DNA of 63,228 nt, filler included, from Nemertoderma westbladi (Eukaryota > Animalia > Xenacoelomorpha): assembly GCA_032718475.1 (NCBI GenBank). It is 3 parts of 3 records of this genome, joined end to end, with 100 filler letters (N's around TTAATTAATTAA, not from the genome) between each part and the next. Parts side by side here need not be neighbours in the genome. Positions count along the whole stretch, not along the records: positions 1 to 27,920 come from JAUCBJ010006394.1; 2 more parts are not named here. One strand, 5' to 3'. Numbering within the stretch: position 1 is the first letter of the stretch; every line of letters starts with the position of its first letter. Below the pieces are notes generated by a model. That model had not been told where the DNA came from and ran no database searches. It saw only the letters and a program-made list of their open reading frames with translations. Made by a program: the position numbers and the translations under genes. Positions 12,611 to 24,151 of the stretch are shown piece by piece.

Positions 12611-13012
12611 TAGTTCTGTTTAAATAGATAAAGCGCCACGTCCTAAAGGAACTGTTAATATTTCCCGAAAGCCAATAATATCTGTCAGAAATTTATTAAA
12701 AACGATCAATCGAATAATACAGTAAGTTTACACTGCAACCTTACACTGCAATAATAAAATTTAAGCAGCCGAATTCAGCCTCCCGGGTGTAGATCCATCG
12801 GGTGAATGATCGCGCATGGGCTGACTTCGGGTAATGTTTGTTTATTAGCATAAAATATTGTCGTATGCTAAAGGTGTTTTAATTAACTAAAAGACATATA
12901 AATTTTGGCAGGTTAAACTGCTAAAGGTCTTCAAAAGCGCGAACAATAACAGTTTATCATCTTATTGCAGTAAGCAATAAGGTTGCAAAATACCGTAGTG
13001 ACCGGTAACCTG

Positions 13013-13141
13013 AACCGGTACTTCTGTAGGTCAGTAGGCCCAACTGCCAGAACCGGTACTGCTGTAGGTCCGTAGGTCCAACTGCCAGAACCGGTACTTC
13101 TGTAGGTCTGTAGGCCCAACTGTCCTAACCGGTACTGCTGT
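13013..13141. repeat. 37-bp tandem repeat (~3.5 copies) in the element leader
   Basis: accggtact(t/g)ctgtaggtc(a/c/t)gtagg(c/t)ccaactgccaga repeated. Confidence 0.85.
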
Positions 13142-13309
13142 ATCAGTACATTAGTATTATTCGAATTTGATTGGTGTATACTGGTAGGTCTTAGTACTTA
13201 ATCAGGGACTGCAGCCCTGAATTTTTATTGAGATTCTACTTATTTCTGTCGGTTTTATTTACTAGTAGGCTAATATTGAGCAGAAGGCGTGTGACCCTGC
13301 TCAGATTGT

Positions 13310-13890
13310 TCAGATAATTGTAGGCTGAGCTGCTGTCTGACTGTTGTTGGGTTTGGAGAGATTACGGCGTGTGTAGAGTTTGTCTGATAAAGTGCCAGTT
13401 AGTAAGTTGGGGCAGCCATATGCTGTAAGGTCAATCCCCTCTTAAAGAATAAGTCGTACTACCGTGTTAGAACGCATACTAACTAACAGTTTCAGAGTCT
13501 GCATATACTGTAGTTTATTTAGGCTTGATCGTGGTCTGTCAGCATTTTGGCTTGTGTTTGTTTGTGTAGTCTGTTCAGGTACCGTAATAGTTATTACTCA
13601 GATATTTTGTAGGCTGGATTGTTGTCTAGCTATTTTTAGGTCTGAAGGGATTGCTGCGTGTGTAGAGTTGTCTGATAAAGTGCCGTTAGTAAGTTGGGGC
13701 AGCCATATGCTGTAAGGTCAATCCCCTCTTAAAGAATAAGTCGTACTACCGTGTTAGAACGCATACTAACTAACAGTTTCAGAATCTGCACATACTGTAG
13801 TTTGTTTAGGCTTGATAGTAGTCTGCCAGCGTTTGGTTTGTATTTTGTTTGAGTATTCTGTACGGGTAGCGTAATATTTATTATTCAGAG
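13310..13890. repeat. ~288-bp direct tandem duplication in the element leader
   Basis: Block gttagtaagttggggcagccatatgctgtaaggtcaatcccctcttaaagaataag...aacagtttcaga occurs at ~13398 and ~13686. Confidence 0.9.
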
Positions 13891-15202
13891 TTTATGCGAT
13901 TATTCGCAACATTCATGTCCCCAAGTTTATTCCTACAGTAATTGTGCTTGTTATACATACCGTTATAGTTAAATTAACCCCGGTACTACACGGGCTGCTT
14001 GGCGTAGGACAAGACTGGTGACTTTGTGCTTCGGTCACTCCAGCAGATGCCGTGGTTCTTTTAACTGTTCAAGTATATTTAACTACTGATTATTTGTTAT
14101 ACCGGTACTTGTACCTAATTTAGGGTTTAGTGTACAGTGCTTTCCGGAGTAATTAGTGTGGGCAGTATATTTGTGTTGTAAAGTGGTTGATAGGCACATT
14201 CGTTAGCTCTATTAACTTCTGGGTAGGAACAATCCGTGATACATAACGTAGTACCTATAGCGATACGGTTATAGGTCGTCAGGCGGTAGTATTTTCCTAT
14301 CTGGACAGTGCAATATATTTACTACTACTTATTATTTCAAATACCGTAGTACCCTGTCCGTTGTAATAACCAGAATTCTAACCCTTTGTTAGGCTGGTTT
14401 GTAGACTTCCTGTAAAATTACCCTAAAAATTTCGTACGTAATATTTTGTTGTGTTTTAATTAGAGAATTAATCTCACCCATATCGTAAGTAATTTGTAGT
14501 ATTAAGTAACTTAGGTAAATTAGAATTATCAGTTTTAGTGTCTCAATAAGTAACACTTCACTGAGAGCGCACAGCTTCTGTGTAGTGATTCCCCCAGAAA
14601 TAATAACATTTATTTCAAATATTGACAAAAAACCCTTTTTAAACGGGTATATATCTATTATAAATCAACTCAAACGATTTATAAATAGTAGGCCTGCCAG
14701 ACAACAACTAGGTCTCAATATCAGTTGGACTACTGCTTAAATAACGGTAATAAAGTAAGTTAAAGTAACCAAGTAACCTTAAAATATTCAGAAATTCAAT
14801 TATTCTAAAAATAATTGACATACCGGTATTTACCATAGGCTTATTATATTTATTTCTATAAATTTGAGCTGAAATCATACCGGTATTCTGTAATTAATTC
14901 TAGTCCATAATTATACTTATATACTATAAGTGTAAGCTGTATACCGGTATTCACGATAGGCCTATTATATATTTATATATATTTGTGCTAAAATTATATA
15001 CCGGTACTCTGTGACAAATCTAGTCTGTAATAATACTTATATATATATTATAAGCATACCGGTATTCTAATATATTGTATATATATCACGTTACACTAAG
15101 TAACGGTATCGGTAATAAATCGCTAGGCTTGCGGTCATACTGAATTACCAGACTTGCTTTAACTGAAACTATAGTAGTAGACATTCAACTGTATAGCTAA
15201 AC

Positions 15203-18200
15203 ATGTCTGACACTCAGCAAAACCTGTCAGACAGTCTGATCGATACAACTATCTGTGACTCAGATAGGAGTGTGGAGCGATTAAGAAAGGAGTTCAGCTC
15301 ACCTCCTACTGCAAAAAAGGTCATCCCTCCAGTAGTATCAGACCCTAGGCTAATCCACCATAGGTCCATCATAGGTACTCGGGCACAGGTCAAACGGAAC
15401 CAAGAGGCAGTTGTCCTATCGCAGCAACATCTTGGTCAAGAACCTACTTCCCAGCGACCCGATAGCTCCAGTAGTTCGGATGCTGTAGAGCTGACCCCCG
15501 AACGCGGAGTGCAGATGACTACTACAGTCTACTCGGACCCCCTTCTTACCCTTCCTGCTGCAGTGCTAACTACTATATTCATTGCGGTGGAGGAACATCA
15601 AGCCGACTGGGCGAGGAATAAGCGAGCGACCCAAGATAATTATGCGGGATACGCCAGAGAAGAATTGATATCTATTGTCGAGTCACAATGGAACTTTCCC
15701 GGACTCGGACTCCCTTTGGATCTGTCCGAGGCTACTTGGGAAGATATACACAGGATGGGAGTGGCTAAAGATACAATGGATCCAGCTGTTTGGAAGAGGT
15801 CGGCAGCAGGATATGTGCAGGGATTCTTCGGCTCCTTGGAGCGATTGGAAGAACAACTGTTTCGACAACCTCAAGGACCTCAAGAGCAGGAAGAGCTGCT
15901 ATACCAGATACGCGAAAGAACCCTACGCATACGACTAATCCTCTCAGCCTTTGAGGAAACTTCCAAAAGAAGACAGGACACGTCGCTGCAGGTTGCTGTC
16001 AAAACTTGGTTACATCGGGTAGATCTCAAAGTACAGGAAACGGCCCAGTGGAAATCCCAGCTGGCTGAGAGATCAACCTATGAAGAACTAACTGATGTCA
16101 CCCTTTCTCAAGCGGAAAGCGAAGAGACCGCCGAGAAACCGCGAACTAGAGACGCTATCGACATTTATTTGTCCGACTATCAGAGATTCCTAGGAGACGA
16201 AGAGTTGAGGAGACGGCTGTTTGGACTTTCCCCTAATAGTGAAGGAACCAAGCTTGTGTTGGACTCAATCGATGCCGAAATGTTAGCTGCAAACCAAGCT
16301 GAATGTGATGAACAACTACGCCTCACTAGAGTCCGAGAAGAACAAGTAAAGAAAGAATGGATAGAGAAAAGAAGGGTGGCAGCAGCAGCGGCGGCAGAAG
16401 CAGAAGCCGAAAGAAAAGCAGCGGCGGCAGAAGCAGAAGCCGAAAGAAAGGCAGCAGTGGCAGAAGCAGAACGGAGAGCTTCTGAGGAGACTATCCAACT
16501 GGAGTTGGAAAATCTACAAGAGACGCAAGACAGTATAAATAAACAATTTACTGCTAATCAAATGCAGATGATGAGAAAATCTACTCCCAAGCGTCAGGGA
16601 TACACATCCTCGGAGGAAGGCGAGACCACCGATCCTGAAGGCGGAGGAAATAGATCTCATCTAAGTAGGCGTAGAAAAACATATTAGCGTAGAAAAACAT
16701 ATTACCGTCGCAAATTGCCTGATTTGCCCCCAGCTGTTAGAAGACAGCTAGCTAGCACAGACTTGAGTAGTATAGAACCTACAGCCCAAAGTATTAAGGT
16801 CAAAAGACTCCCTACAATAGTTGATGAGCCTGAAATAATTAGGCCTGTCGTTCCCAAAGTCACTTCTGTGTTAGAGACCCCTGTACTTCCAGAGCTTAAC
16901 TCTAAATTCCCTTTACATAGTACTACACTGCCTGTACCCGGTGGAACAGTCCAAGAGAATGTCCCTGTCCAGATAGCAGAGAGAGAAATCAAAAATTTGT
17001 CTCCCGTCGTCCCGCGTCAGCCCGCTACTATGTTGGCGACTCCCGCTTCGGCGGTTGAGTGGGTGGAAGAGGGACGGCGGGGGATGAATCTCCTGCTGGG
17101 ACAGATGCAGGAGACTGTCCACCAACTTAAGGGAACAGTGAGGGAAAGTAGAGCAGAGTTGCAAGAAGTGCAGCAAAGTATCGCGCTAGAACGCGACAAA
17201 TTAGTCAATATACAAAAGGGCATACCAATACCCCCTGTAACATTGTGTCAACCTGTTAGGTCTGAAGTATTACATGCGCAAGGTGTGGAGCCTACACGCA
17301 TCTATACTGCTAGTGAAGTTGAAACCCCTATAGCAAACCCTATTAAGGGTGATTATAGACCTGTTATTAATGATATTCCCTATAGACCTGATAATGATCC
17401 GAGAAATTTATATACCGATAATTCGATATTAAATAACACGATGGCCCAAGAAAGCTTTACGCGTCAGATGGCTAGAACAGAAGCCCGCCAAGCGGTCAAA
17501 GTGGGAGAGATCGTCAAATTCAATGGAGATGAGATGAAATGGTTACCTTTCAACGAATATTACAAAGATAGCATACAGAACTCTGTACTATCTAACGGAG
17601 AGAAACTTAGATTCCTCATTAAGTGCTTGGAAGGACCTCCCAAGTTAATGGCGTTAAAGTTTATTGGACATCCAGATGGATTAAGACAAGTTTGGGATAC
17701 ACTAAACATCAGGTATGGATGGTAACAAGGATAACATAGCTAAGTATTTGTATGCAAAATTAGTAGCCCCCCGACACTTCCTTAGTAACGGGATTATAGA
17801 ATTTTCCGATGAAATTCAGGAAATCTGTAGACAATTGGACTGGTTAGGTAAGTCTCATGAATATCAGAGTTCCATGGTTATTGCAGCAGTAGTATCTACT
17901 TTACCTAAGGGTGGAGTATGTACACGCTGGGACAAGAAAGTGTTGTACATGAATGAACAACAACGACGAAGTCCTACCATGGCTGATCTCATGTCCTTCT
18001 TAGATGGTGAGGTAAAACTACAACTCATCAAGCAGGCCAGAGAGAAAACATCGGAAAATAAGGTAAGTGAGAAACCCGTTTCTAGGAGAAGGATAATACC
18101 AGTGTGTTACACTGACGACGGCGAGAGCCAAGCTTCTCAAGAAGAGGACAGCGATAAAGACACAGCAAAATCTTACTATGACAACAAGACCTATAAAGAC

Positions 18201-19781
18201 GTAAGTAAATACAAGTCTCGCATCAGTGACAGGAGAGAACAGGTAACAACAACTCCTCCTACGTCTCCTAAGAGAATTCACGGAAGAAAGCCCGAAGAAA
18301 GAACGAGAGTGCATAACGTTACCCAAGGTAAGGTGAGTAACATCAAACCAAAATGTGCGCTGTGCGACGGGCCCCACCGTTTGAGTGCGTGTGCTGAATT
18401 TCTAAAGAAATCCCCTGTAGACAGACGTACAGTCCTGTGGAATAAGCGGTTATGCTATAATTGCCTCAGATCAGGACACCAACGGCGAACCTGTTACTCT
18501 GACGTAAAGTGTGCAAAGTGTGGCGCGAAACATCACATCTTGTTACACAGTGAGTTCGAACGAGACAACCCGAGTCAGGTAAGTGAGCCCGAACTACATG
18601 TCCAATTCAGTGATGTGAACGACACTGACCAAGGTTCTGAGTGGGAAGGATTCTATACAGACGAATTCTCCGATGCCAACGAATCCTGTTATCTAATAAA
18701 TACCACAGTGTATCGAGCACTTACGGATGAAAAGGACACTGACGAGTTTACTCCAACTCCTTTTGACAAACAACCATCTTGGAAAGTTCCAACTTCCAAC
18801 ATAGGAATAAGAGAATTTCCTGTAGTACAAGTTCGAGTTCATGGTCTCAACAAGAGTTACATAGTGAACGCCCTACTTGACTCCGGCAGCACAGGAACAT
18901 TCATCGATCAAGAACTAGCCGAAGATATCTTTGCTGGACAACCCAAGTTCCGGACTAAATTGAATATGTCAGGAATTATGCAGGTTTGGAAATCTACCCT
19001 AACGGCAGATTACTATGTAGGTGTGTTGTCCACCCCCCAGGATAAGTTAGGAACACAAGGTATAAGGTCAGTAAAAATGGTGGCTATAAAGAACTTTGCT
19101 ACTACTCAAGCAGACCTTTATAATTGGGACGAAGATGAGAGCATCCAACATCTTAAGATACCTCGATTCCAGACAGATTATCCTGGAGTGCAAATACTCA
19201 TCGGCCAAAACGCGCACGAGGCGCTCGAAACATTAGAGAAACGGCCTGCTCAACCACAGCCACTGCAAACCTATGCGGTAAGAACTAGAGTAGGTTGGTA
19301 CTTCACTGGCCCTTCCCGTAGAACTCTCAAAGAGAGATTACCTCAACAGCAGGTATACCAAGTAAAGGGGGAAGTGGAGAGCAGTGATGTGGACAATCCA
19401 ACTGAGGGAACACCATACTCCTCAGATAATGACGATATTAACTCCAATGTAGATCAATGGAGACATTGCCTTGGGACGATTAATCCAGCCGACATCGCTT
19501 CCAGAGGAGCAACTCCTCAAGAACTGATAGATACTCCAGGCTGGTTAGGTGGATCCGACTCCTTAAGTAAAGAAGAAGAAGAATGGCCTCCTCATCTTAC
19601 CACGGCAGAAATTAGACAGGCCAAGGGAGCGGAGAAAGTAACACAACAACTCAATCGCCCAGCTAGTCGTTTATGTTTACTGGAAAGAGACCGAAAACTG
19701 TCCGGAAACTATGGAAGGCAAGATACTCTTCCTACGACCACTTCCCTAATCCGACAAATATCTAGGGACTCCATAACGTAA
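15203..19781 (+). pseudogene. BEL/Pao Gag-protease polyprotein (about 1518 aa once an 18-bp and a 4-bp duplication are removed); RT and integrase absent
   Basis: KFNGDEMKW...L..RYG Gag region; CALCDGPH...C, CYNCLRSGH...C, CAKCGAKHHILLH; ALLDSGS; stub QWRHCLGTINPADIASRG; tail RPASRLCLLE. Confidence 0.9.
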
Positions 19782-21401
19782 TAACATATGGAGTGGGCGT
19801 GTGACTATATCATTTTATATTTGTTTTTATTTTATATTTATGTATGTATTATTGTGTAATTTTATTATAATCGTTTTCTTTAATTTTATTTAGTAGAATG
19901 TTATTTTAGAATATTTAGTAAATTAGTGCAATGTATTAGTGTTTATTACGTATTTAATTACTTACAATATATTTAGTGCGACGGCAAGAAATAATTATTT
20001 TTCTCTTTCCTTACTGTCCGTATTATATTATAAATGCGAGACTATAGTAAGATGACATGTCAGTACTTATTAAAGTACAATAAAGCCACTACTATATTTA
20101 AGTATTATTGGTAGGCAGAGTATTAGGAATGCAAAGTTCAGATCCTCGTGTCTCGGCTAAACCAAGCTCTGGGTAGACCTTGGAAACGACTTGCCTCTTC
20201 ACACTGACATTGCTTCGTGCGATATTGCTCTTCTACCTTATATTAAATAATACATATAGTAGCGTGATGTCCCTCTAACAGTAGCGTAAATCGCAAATAA
20301 ATCTGTTAAACTTTTTGACCATCTGTAATTCTAGTCGATTAAGATATCGTGGCACCCACCGATATACTTGAAAGACAAATTCTAGAATCAGTGGTTAACG
20401 TTCCCAGACAAGTTCTGGAATAAATCGGTGCCCATCCTAAATATTAATTTAATATTTATTAAAATCTGTAAAATTCCGATCCTTTAAAATTTCTAGTCAA
20501 TTAAAATATCGCAGTATTTACCGATATTCTTAAAGGGACGATTTTATAGAATTAAGGATCCTGAGTCCCCAGACATGCTCTGGAATAAAATTTGTGTCAA
20601 TTTAACATCAAATAATAAAATTCACGGGAATAAATTTAAATTCATATTCAAATGAATTTCATAAATTGTCATTTTGTGCAATTTATAACATTCCCAAAAT
20701 TCCAGTAATTAATAGATCATGGGAGCGGAGATTCATATTGAGTGTACTAGAGTGCGAGAATCTCCAACATAGAGTCAATAGCCGATAAAATTTATAAAAT
20801 CATGCATAAAGAGGATATTGACAATTAAAGAATTACTATTAAATAGCATCCCAGATCTGTATGCATGAGAATTACCCTAATTCTACCGCTAGTTTTCCAT
20901 AATGTCACCATGGCAACACCCACGCTAGAATTAGAAGCAAGTTAAAGGATCAATAAAAAGCTTGCCCCATTGCGTAGCCTAAGAGTATACATAGCGCACT
21001 ATTAGTATCCAAGGATACATAGTAATAACGTGACATTCTGGAAGACACTGACTAACGGACAAATGGCCTGCATGTGTGCAGTAAGTAATGATTGTATGGA
21101 ATTTGTGCGTTTATAGGTGAATGTTACTACTAAAGTGTGTTTACAGTAGCTAATCGCAATTGTAAAGTAGCCCTAACTCTACCGAGATAACCTTAAGTGG
21201 ATTCAAGCCTTTGGGACGGACAGTGGTGGGACTTGTGCCGGTTATCATTGTCGTGTTGTTGCTACATGTTGGTGTAAACACCGCGACAACGGTACATCGG
21301 CGCTGAGAAACCCACTGTCCGGGGGCAAAGACTAGTAGGCAGCGACGCCCGCTTGCCTAAATATTAACTCATACTGATATTAATAAACTCAGATAGCAGA
21401 T

Positions 21402-22851
21402 ATGACGGAATTGATAGAAGATGACCTTGGTATTAGAGAGCGATATACTCTACCTTTACAAGCGTTTGTGGATAGCTTGATACGCGGTGAAGCCGATCCG
21501 ACTATTACGGAGGACGATGGTCGTTATATCGAACCGCCGATGTCCCAAGAGCAACTTACGCGTGAATTGGACTATCGAAAATTAACCGCTCGCTATACGC
21601 ATCGTAATGGTACGTATATGGACTTCCTAACTACCGGCCATCCTATCGATTTACATGATACGGACGATGTATACACCGAAAGGGAAATGGTTCTATTTAA
21701 ATATCATACCCAGCGGAGTCGTAACGATAAACCGAGAATAGATCACGAAAATTATATTCGTAACAGACTGGGAAGACGAACCAATATGCCTAGAATCTGA
21801 GGAGATTCAGCCTATCGTGCCCGGAACAACGACAACGATTACCTCCTAGAATGGTATCAAGGTCCACAGTGTCTCACTGCGTACGATTATCGCCATGCCA
21901 ACTATGTTTCTCGGCAACGTTGTCGGTTATGCGCATCGAGAGACCATGTTACGCCCATGGACACAAACGTCCGCTGTTCCTATTTCCACGAACAACCGAC
22001 GATGGAAATTTATTGCGCGTATTACAGACTCAATAACTTGCACATTTTTGCGGTTTGCCCTCAATTTATGACTCAATGTCACCATTGTCAACTAAAGGGA
22101 TGCGCCAGTTTCGATTGCCCTTTTTAGTCACGATTTGGAAGGCGTAGATGAAATGATCACACTACGTTACATCAGAGCTTGGGAAGCGAACGCTGATTTA
22201 CATTGTGATTCGCGCCATCGTTATTATCCTGGACGCGCTTACGAAGGAGTTTATGCGTTCCATCCTTATCTATTCGCTTCTGTCGAACAGAAATCACGCA
22301 TATCAAGTTATGAACTATTGAAGCGCGTTGGAGAATGTATTTCAACTAAATATGTACGCAAATTCCTCAGGAGCATTAATCCGAGTGACATCCATTCTTA
22401 CAACTTAATAAACTTTATCCGTCAAGACCCTGCCTATGGAGACTTATTTGTCAACTCACACCCCGAGTTACAGGAAGTATATCGACGGCCTTACGAGTAC
22501 CGAGCCCGCGAACGCGAGTTGGAAAGAACCATTAAACCAAGGAAGTTTCTAACTACCTATGGTCCACCCACGGCCCTCGTGCAGACCACTCGTACAGGAC
22601 CCGTAAGAGCGGCTGTCTTGAAACGAGCTCTCAAAGCCGTTAGACCCCTCTCCCCGGACGTTGATGTCAATCAACCCGGTACTTCGACCGGCGGATATAC
22701 CGATCGTAATCCCATACCTTCTGATGCAATCATATTGCACCCTTCACCCAGGAGTTATAGCCCTCCTCGTAAAGTGGCTCGCCCCAAAGAGAAAAGGACT
22801 CTTGCTAGCTTTAAAAAACTGCGTAAACGCCGTCCGCGCAAGAAAGACTAA
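21402..22851 (+). pseudogene. Accessory Cys/His-rich ORF in the env position (about 482 aa reconstructed; one TGA and one +1 shift)
   Basis: Frame stays open for 108 codons past TGA 21798-21800; one extra T in run 22121-22125 links it to the 22135-22851 ORF; basic tail KKLRKRRPRKKD. Confidence 0.7.
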
Positions 22852-22929
22852 CTGTTTAGAGTATTTTTATATTTTAGAAACTGTGATTTTGTATATTTTA
22901 TAGACTTAAATCCCATTTTCTGGGAGCGG

Positions 22930-24151
22930 TGTAAAAGCTTTTGTGGGATAACTGATTCGTTTGCCTTGCTGGCCAGTTCCCCCCCGGTCGCTAGAATACT
23001 CTAAAAGGGATCTATAGGTAAAATAGTGCAAGCTACCAGCTTATTGGCTGATGGGCTGTACGAGAGTATCTGGGTTCTGTTCGATCGGCCAACCAGCTTA
23101 GGGAGGTTGCCTTAGCCCTGCTGTCCGTATCGGCCAATAGAATTTGAGTGGGCGTTGATTTTGACCTATCCCAGAGCTACTGAACTGAATTTTCCTATCT
23201 CACTGCTCATCCTCTGTGTTGGACGGGAGCTTCGGGGAATAAGGGTAGTTGGTATCCTCGTATAGTCAGGTAGTCATATGATTTTATATGATTCTGTTGT
23301 TGTGTTCCCATTTTCGCCATAACACCGGCTTTTTGGGAAGAACTCTAGTAAAACTGCTTAAATTATCGAAAGTATAAACTGTTATCTAATCAATCAACCG
23401 ATCAATCAACTAATCAATCAATCTTATCTGATCTAATTAACTCACTATTTATCATATTGTTTGTACTGTTATTTACCGTCAGTTATTAATTGTATCTATT
23501 TGTTGATGGAAATATTGCTCTTTGGAGAATACTGATAAATCACCCAAATTTCCCAATTTTCTTGATACACTACAGGTTAGAGAGACAGGCTATATATAAC
23601 AATTGCGATTTATATTAATGTGGTGTGTATTGAATCTAATGTTATTTAGCAGACCCTACATGAGTCAATTGCTGCTCTCTTTATGTGTGATCAAATTTAC
23701 TGACGGTCGGCAGAATAGTGTGCATGATTGTGATTGTGATTGGTAACAAAGCATTTCCTAAAGAATGCGCCTTATACTTTAATCATAAGCAGTATCGTTG
23801 CGTTTAGTATAAGTCCTAGTTCTGTTTAAATAGATAAAGCGCCACGTCCTAAAGGAACTGTTAATATTTCCCGAAAGCCAATAATATCTGTCAGAAATTT
23901 ATTAATAACGATCAATCGAATAATACAGTAAGTTTACACTGCAACCTTACACTGCAATAATAAAATTTAAGCAGCCGAATTCAGCCTCCCGGGTGTAGAT
24001 CCATCGGGTGAATGATCGCGCATGGGCTGACTTCGGGTAATGTTTGTTTATTAGCATAAAATATTGTCGTATGCTAAAGGTGTTTTAATTAACTAAAAGA
24101 CATATAAATTTTGGCAGGTTAAACTGCTAAAGGTCTTCAAAAGCGCGAACA
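22930..24151 (+). repeat. 3' LTR, 1222 bp
   Basis: TGTAAAAGCTTTTG...GCGCGAACA, followed by TSD GGTAC; AATAAA at 23959-23964. Confidence 0.95.

Larger units (their letters stand above)
8711..12945 (+). repeat. 5' LTR (1222 bp net: 8711-9597 plus 12611-12945), interrupted by a 3-kb insertion
   Basis: Near-identical to 22930-24151; differences seen are poly-C length, a 6-bp TGATTG duplication and about two substitutions. Confidence 0.95.
8711..24151 (+). mobile_element. Non-autonomous BEL/Pao LTR retrotransposon
   Basis: TG...CA LTRs, 5-bp TSD GGTAC (8706-8710, 24152-24156), purine-rich GGGAGCGG before the 3' LTR, BEL/Pao-type triple zinc knuckle Gag and DSG protease. Confidence 0.95.

Noticed and set aside
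16685-16687. Programmed TAG readthrough between the first two gag ORFs
   Set aside because: The stop is created by an exact 18-bp duplication; removing one copy restores the frame.
21402-22851. env glycoprotein
   Set aside because: No signal peptide or transmembrane segment; basic C-terminus.
23975-24036. Hammerhead, HDV-like, twister or pistol ribozyme
   Set aside because: I could not fit the catalytic cores (e.g. no CUGANGA/GAAA); left as an unassigned structure.
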